From the sequence record DRR723986_6243: 35,846 nt of DNA. One strand, given 5' to 3'. Shown piece by piece: positions 34,455-35,846 of the stretch. Every line of letters begins with the position of its first letter. Positions within the stretch are counted from its first letter, which is position 1. The position numbers and the translations under genes are program-made. The notes under the pieces are model-generated. The model was not told where the DNA came from, ran no database searches, and saw nothing but the letters and a program-made list of their open reading frames with translations.

Positions 34455-35846
34455 CCGTCCAGTTCTTCCCAGCGGGCATAAGCTGCCAGCAGTTCATTTT
34501 CCAGCTCAATCATGCGGGTTTGTGCCGCTGTCACCACACTTGCCTCTTGCTGATAAAAATCAGGGTCACCAATTTTTGCCACCAGTGCTTCCTGTTCTGT
34601 TTCCAGTTTCTCGATTAGCGCGGGCAGCATTTCGAGTTCACGTTGCTCTTTGTAACCCAGTTTTTTAGTCTTCTTCACAGGTGTTGGTGCAGTAGCTGCA
34701 ACTGTTAGTTGCGCAACGGCGGGTGGAGCAGGTGGTGCAGCATTGGGCGTGTTGGCCTTGCCCACATTGGCCCAGGGGTCGGTGGTGCGTTGGCGCAACC
34801 AGTCGTCATAACCACCCACGTAATCGCCCACTACGCCATTGCCTTCAAACACCAGGCAACGGGTCACGATCTGGTTTAAAAATTCCCGGTCGTGACTTAC
34901 CAAAATCAGTGTTCCCTGGTAAGCCATCAACTTTTCTTCCAGCAATTCCAGAGTCTCAATGTCCAGGTCGTTGGTGGGTTCGTCCAGCACCATGACGTTC
35001 GAGGGTGTTGAAAACAACTGGGCCAGAATCAGCCTTGCTCGTTCACCACCCGACAAACTACGCACCGGTTGGCGTGCCCGGTCGGGTGTGAACAGAAAGT
35101 CTTGCAGATAGCCGATCACATGCTTGGCCTGCCCATCGATGGTAATGAATTCCTTGCCTGCACCAATGATTTCAACCGCAGTGTCTTCTTCATTGAACTG
35201 GCTGCGCAACTGGTCGAAGTAGGCAATTTCAAGTTTGGTGCCCAACTTGATGTGGCCTGAATCGGGTGGCAATTGTCCCAGCAACACTTTCAGTGCAGTG
35301 GTTTTGCCAATGCCGTTGGGGCCCAGAAAACCTATTTTTTCACCGCGCAAAATGGTGTTGGTGAAGTTGCGCAAAATTGGCAAGTCACCCAACTGTTTGT
35401 TAATGTCGGTCAGCTCAGCGACTACTTTGCCGCTGCGCTCAGCCTCTTGCACTTGGACCTTTGCGCTGCCCACTACATTGCGTCGGTCGGAAAACTGTTT
35501 GCGCATTTCCATCAATGCGCGCACCCGGCCTTCGTTACGGGTGCGTCGTGCCTCAATCCCACGACGAATCCACACTTCTTCCTCGGCCAGTTTTTTATCA
35601 AACAGTGCGTTGGCTTTTTCCTGGGCATGCAAAAATTCGGCCTTGCCTTTCAAAAAACCTTCGTAGCCGCCCGACCAGCTTTTCAGCATGCCGCGATCAA
35701 GGTCACAAACACGAGTGGCCAGTTTGCGCATGAAGGACCGATCGTGACTTACAAAAATAACAGCCCCTTTGAATTGACGAATCTGTTCCTCCAGCAATTC
35801 AATGCTGGGAATGTCGAGGTGGTTGGTGGGCTCATCCAGCAACAGC
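34451..35846 (-). CDS. uup: ABC-F ATP-binding protein Uup (5' part outside window)
   Basis: 'LDEPTNHLD', 'EEVWIRRGIEARRTRNEGRVRAL', Walker A 'GPNGIGKT', 'LSGGERAR', 'LDEPTNDLD', C-terminal 'KLGYKEQREL...RWEEL'. Confidence 0.93.
   Translation of the reverse strand, partial: LLLDEPTNHLDIPSIELLEEQIRQFKGAVIFVSHDRSFMRKLATRVCDLDRGMLKSWSGGYEGFLKGKAEFLHAQEKANALFDKKLAEEEVWIRRGIEARRTRNEGRVRALMEMRKQFSDRRNVVGSAKVQVQEAERSGKVVAELTDINKQLGDLPILRNFTNTILRGEKIGFLGPNGIGKTTALKVLLGQLPPDSGHIKLGTKLEIAYFDQLRSQFNEEDTAVEIIGAGKEFITIDGQAKHVIGYLQDFLFTPDRARQPVRSLSGGERARLILAQLFSTPSNVMVLDEPTNDLDIETLELLEEKLMAYQGTLILVSHDREFLNQIVTRCLVFEGNGVVGDYVGGYDDWLRQRTTDPWANVGKANTPNAAPPAPPAVAQLTVAATAPTPVKKTKKLGYKEQRELEMLPALIEKLETEQEALVAKIGDPDFYQQEASVVTAAQTRMIELENELLAAYARWEELDG

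Noticed and set aside
1-35846. CRISPR arrays, IS elements, prophage, defence systems, rRNA
   Set aside because: No repeat-spacer periodicity and no transposase, integrase or phage genes. The lone SNase nuclease has no defence-island context.

Overview
Gene-dense bacterial chromosome window of roughly 54% GC (visual estimate). Protein types and gene order suggest a Burkholderiales betaproteobacterium, possibly Limnobacter-like; this is inference only. Left half (1-15.3 kb): housekeeping and lipid/acyl-CoA genes, namely a PaaX-like regulator, an AcuI/YhdH reductase, two EamA transporters, a tandem GST-N protein, an FkbM methyltransferase, an RDD protein, a sterol-desaturase-family protein, a class II aldolase, a SorU-like cytochrome c, an OYE flavin oxidoreductase, an AI-2E transporter, a ferritin-like metal-dependent hydrolase, a thioesterase, a thermonuclease, a crotonase and a wax ester synthase/DGAT. 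Centre (15.3-27.9 kb, minus strand): a complete phosphoethanolamine-cellulose operon, bcsB-Z-C-E-(F-like)-Q-A-G-R. It is transcribed divergently from a two-gene partner-switching module: a STAS protein and a 1026-aa REC-PP2C-REC-pseudoPP2C-RsbW-type kinase. Right end: a MerR regulator, pldA, a secreted hypothetical protein and a 5'-truncated uup. Most notable observation: both known c-di-GMP-sensing motifs of the cellulose machinery look degenerate (BcsA PilZ RxxxR reads HxxxR and DxSxxG reads ExSxxG; BcsE RxGD reads QATC), while all catalytic motifs are intact. This suggests a cellulose system uncoupled from c-di-GMP and possibly controlled by the adjacent phospho-partner switch. No rRNA, tRNA, CRISPR array or mobile element was found. 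All family calls come from motif recognition by eye and recalled reference sequences, not from database searches.
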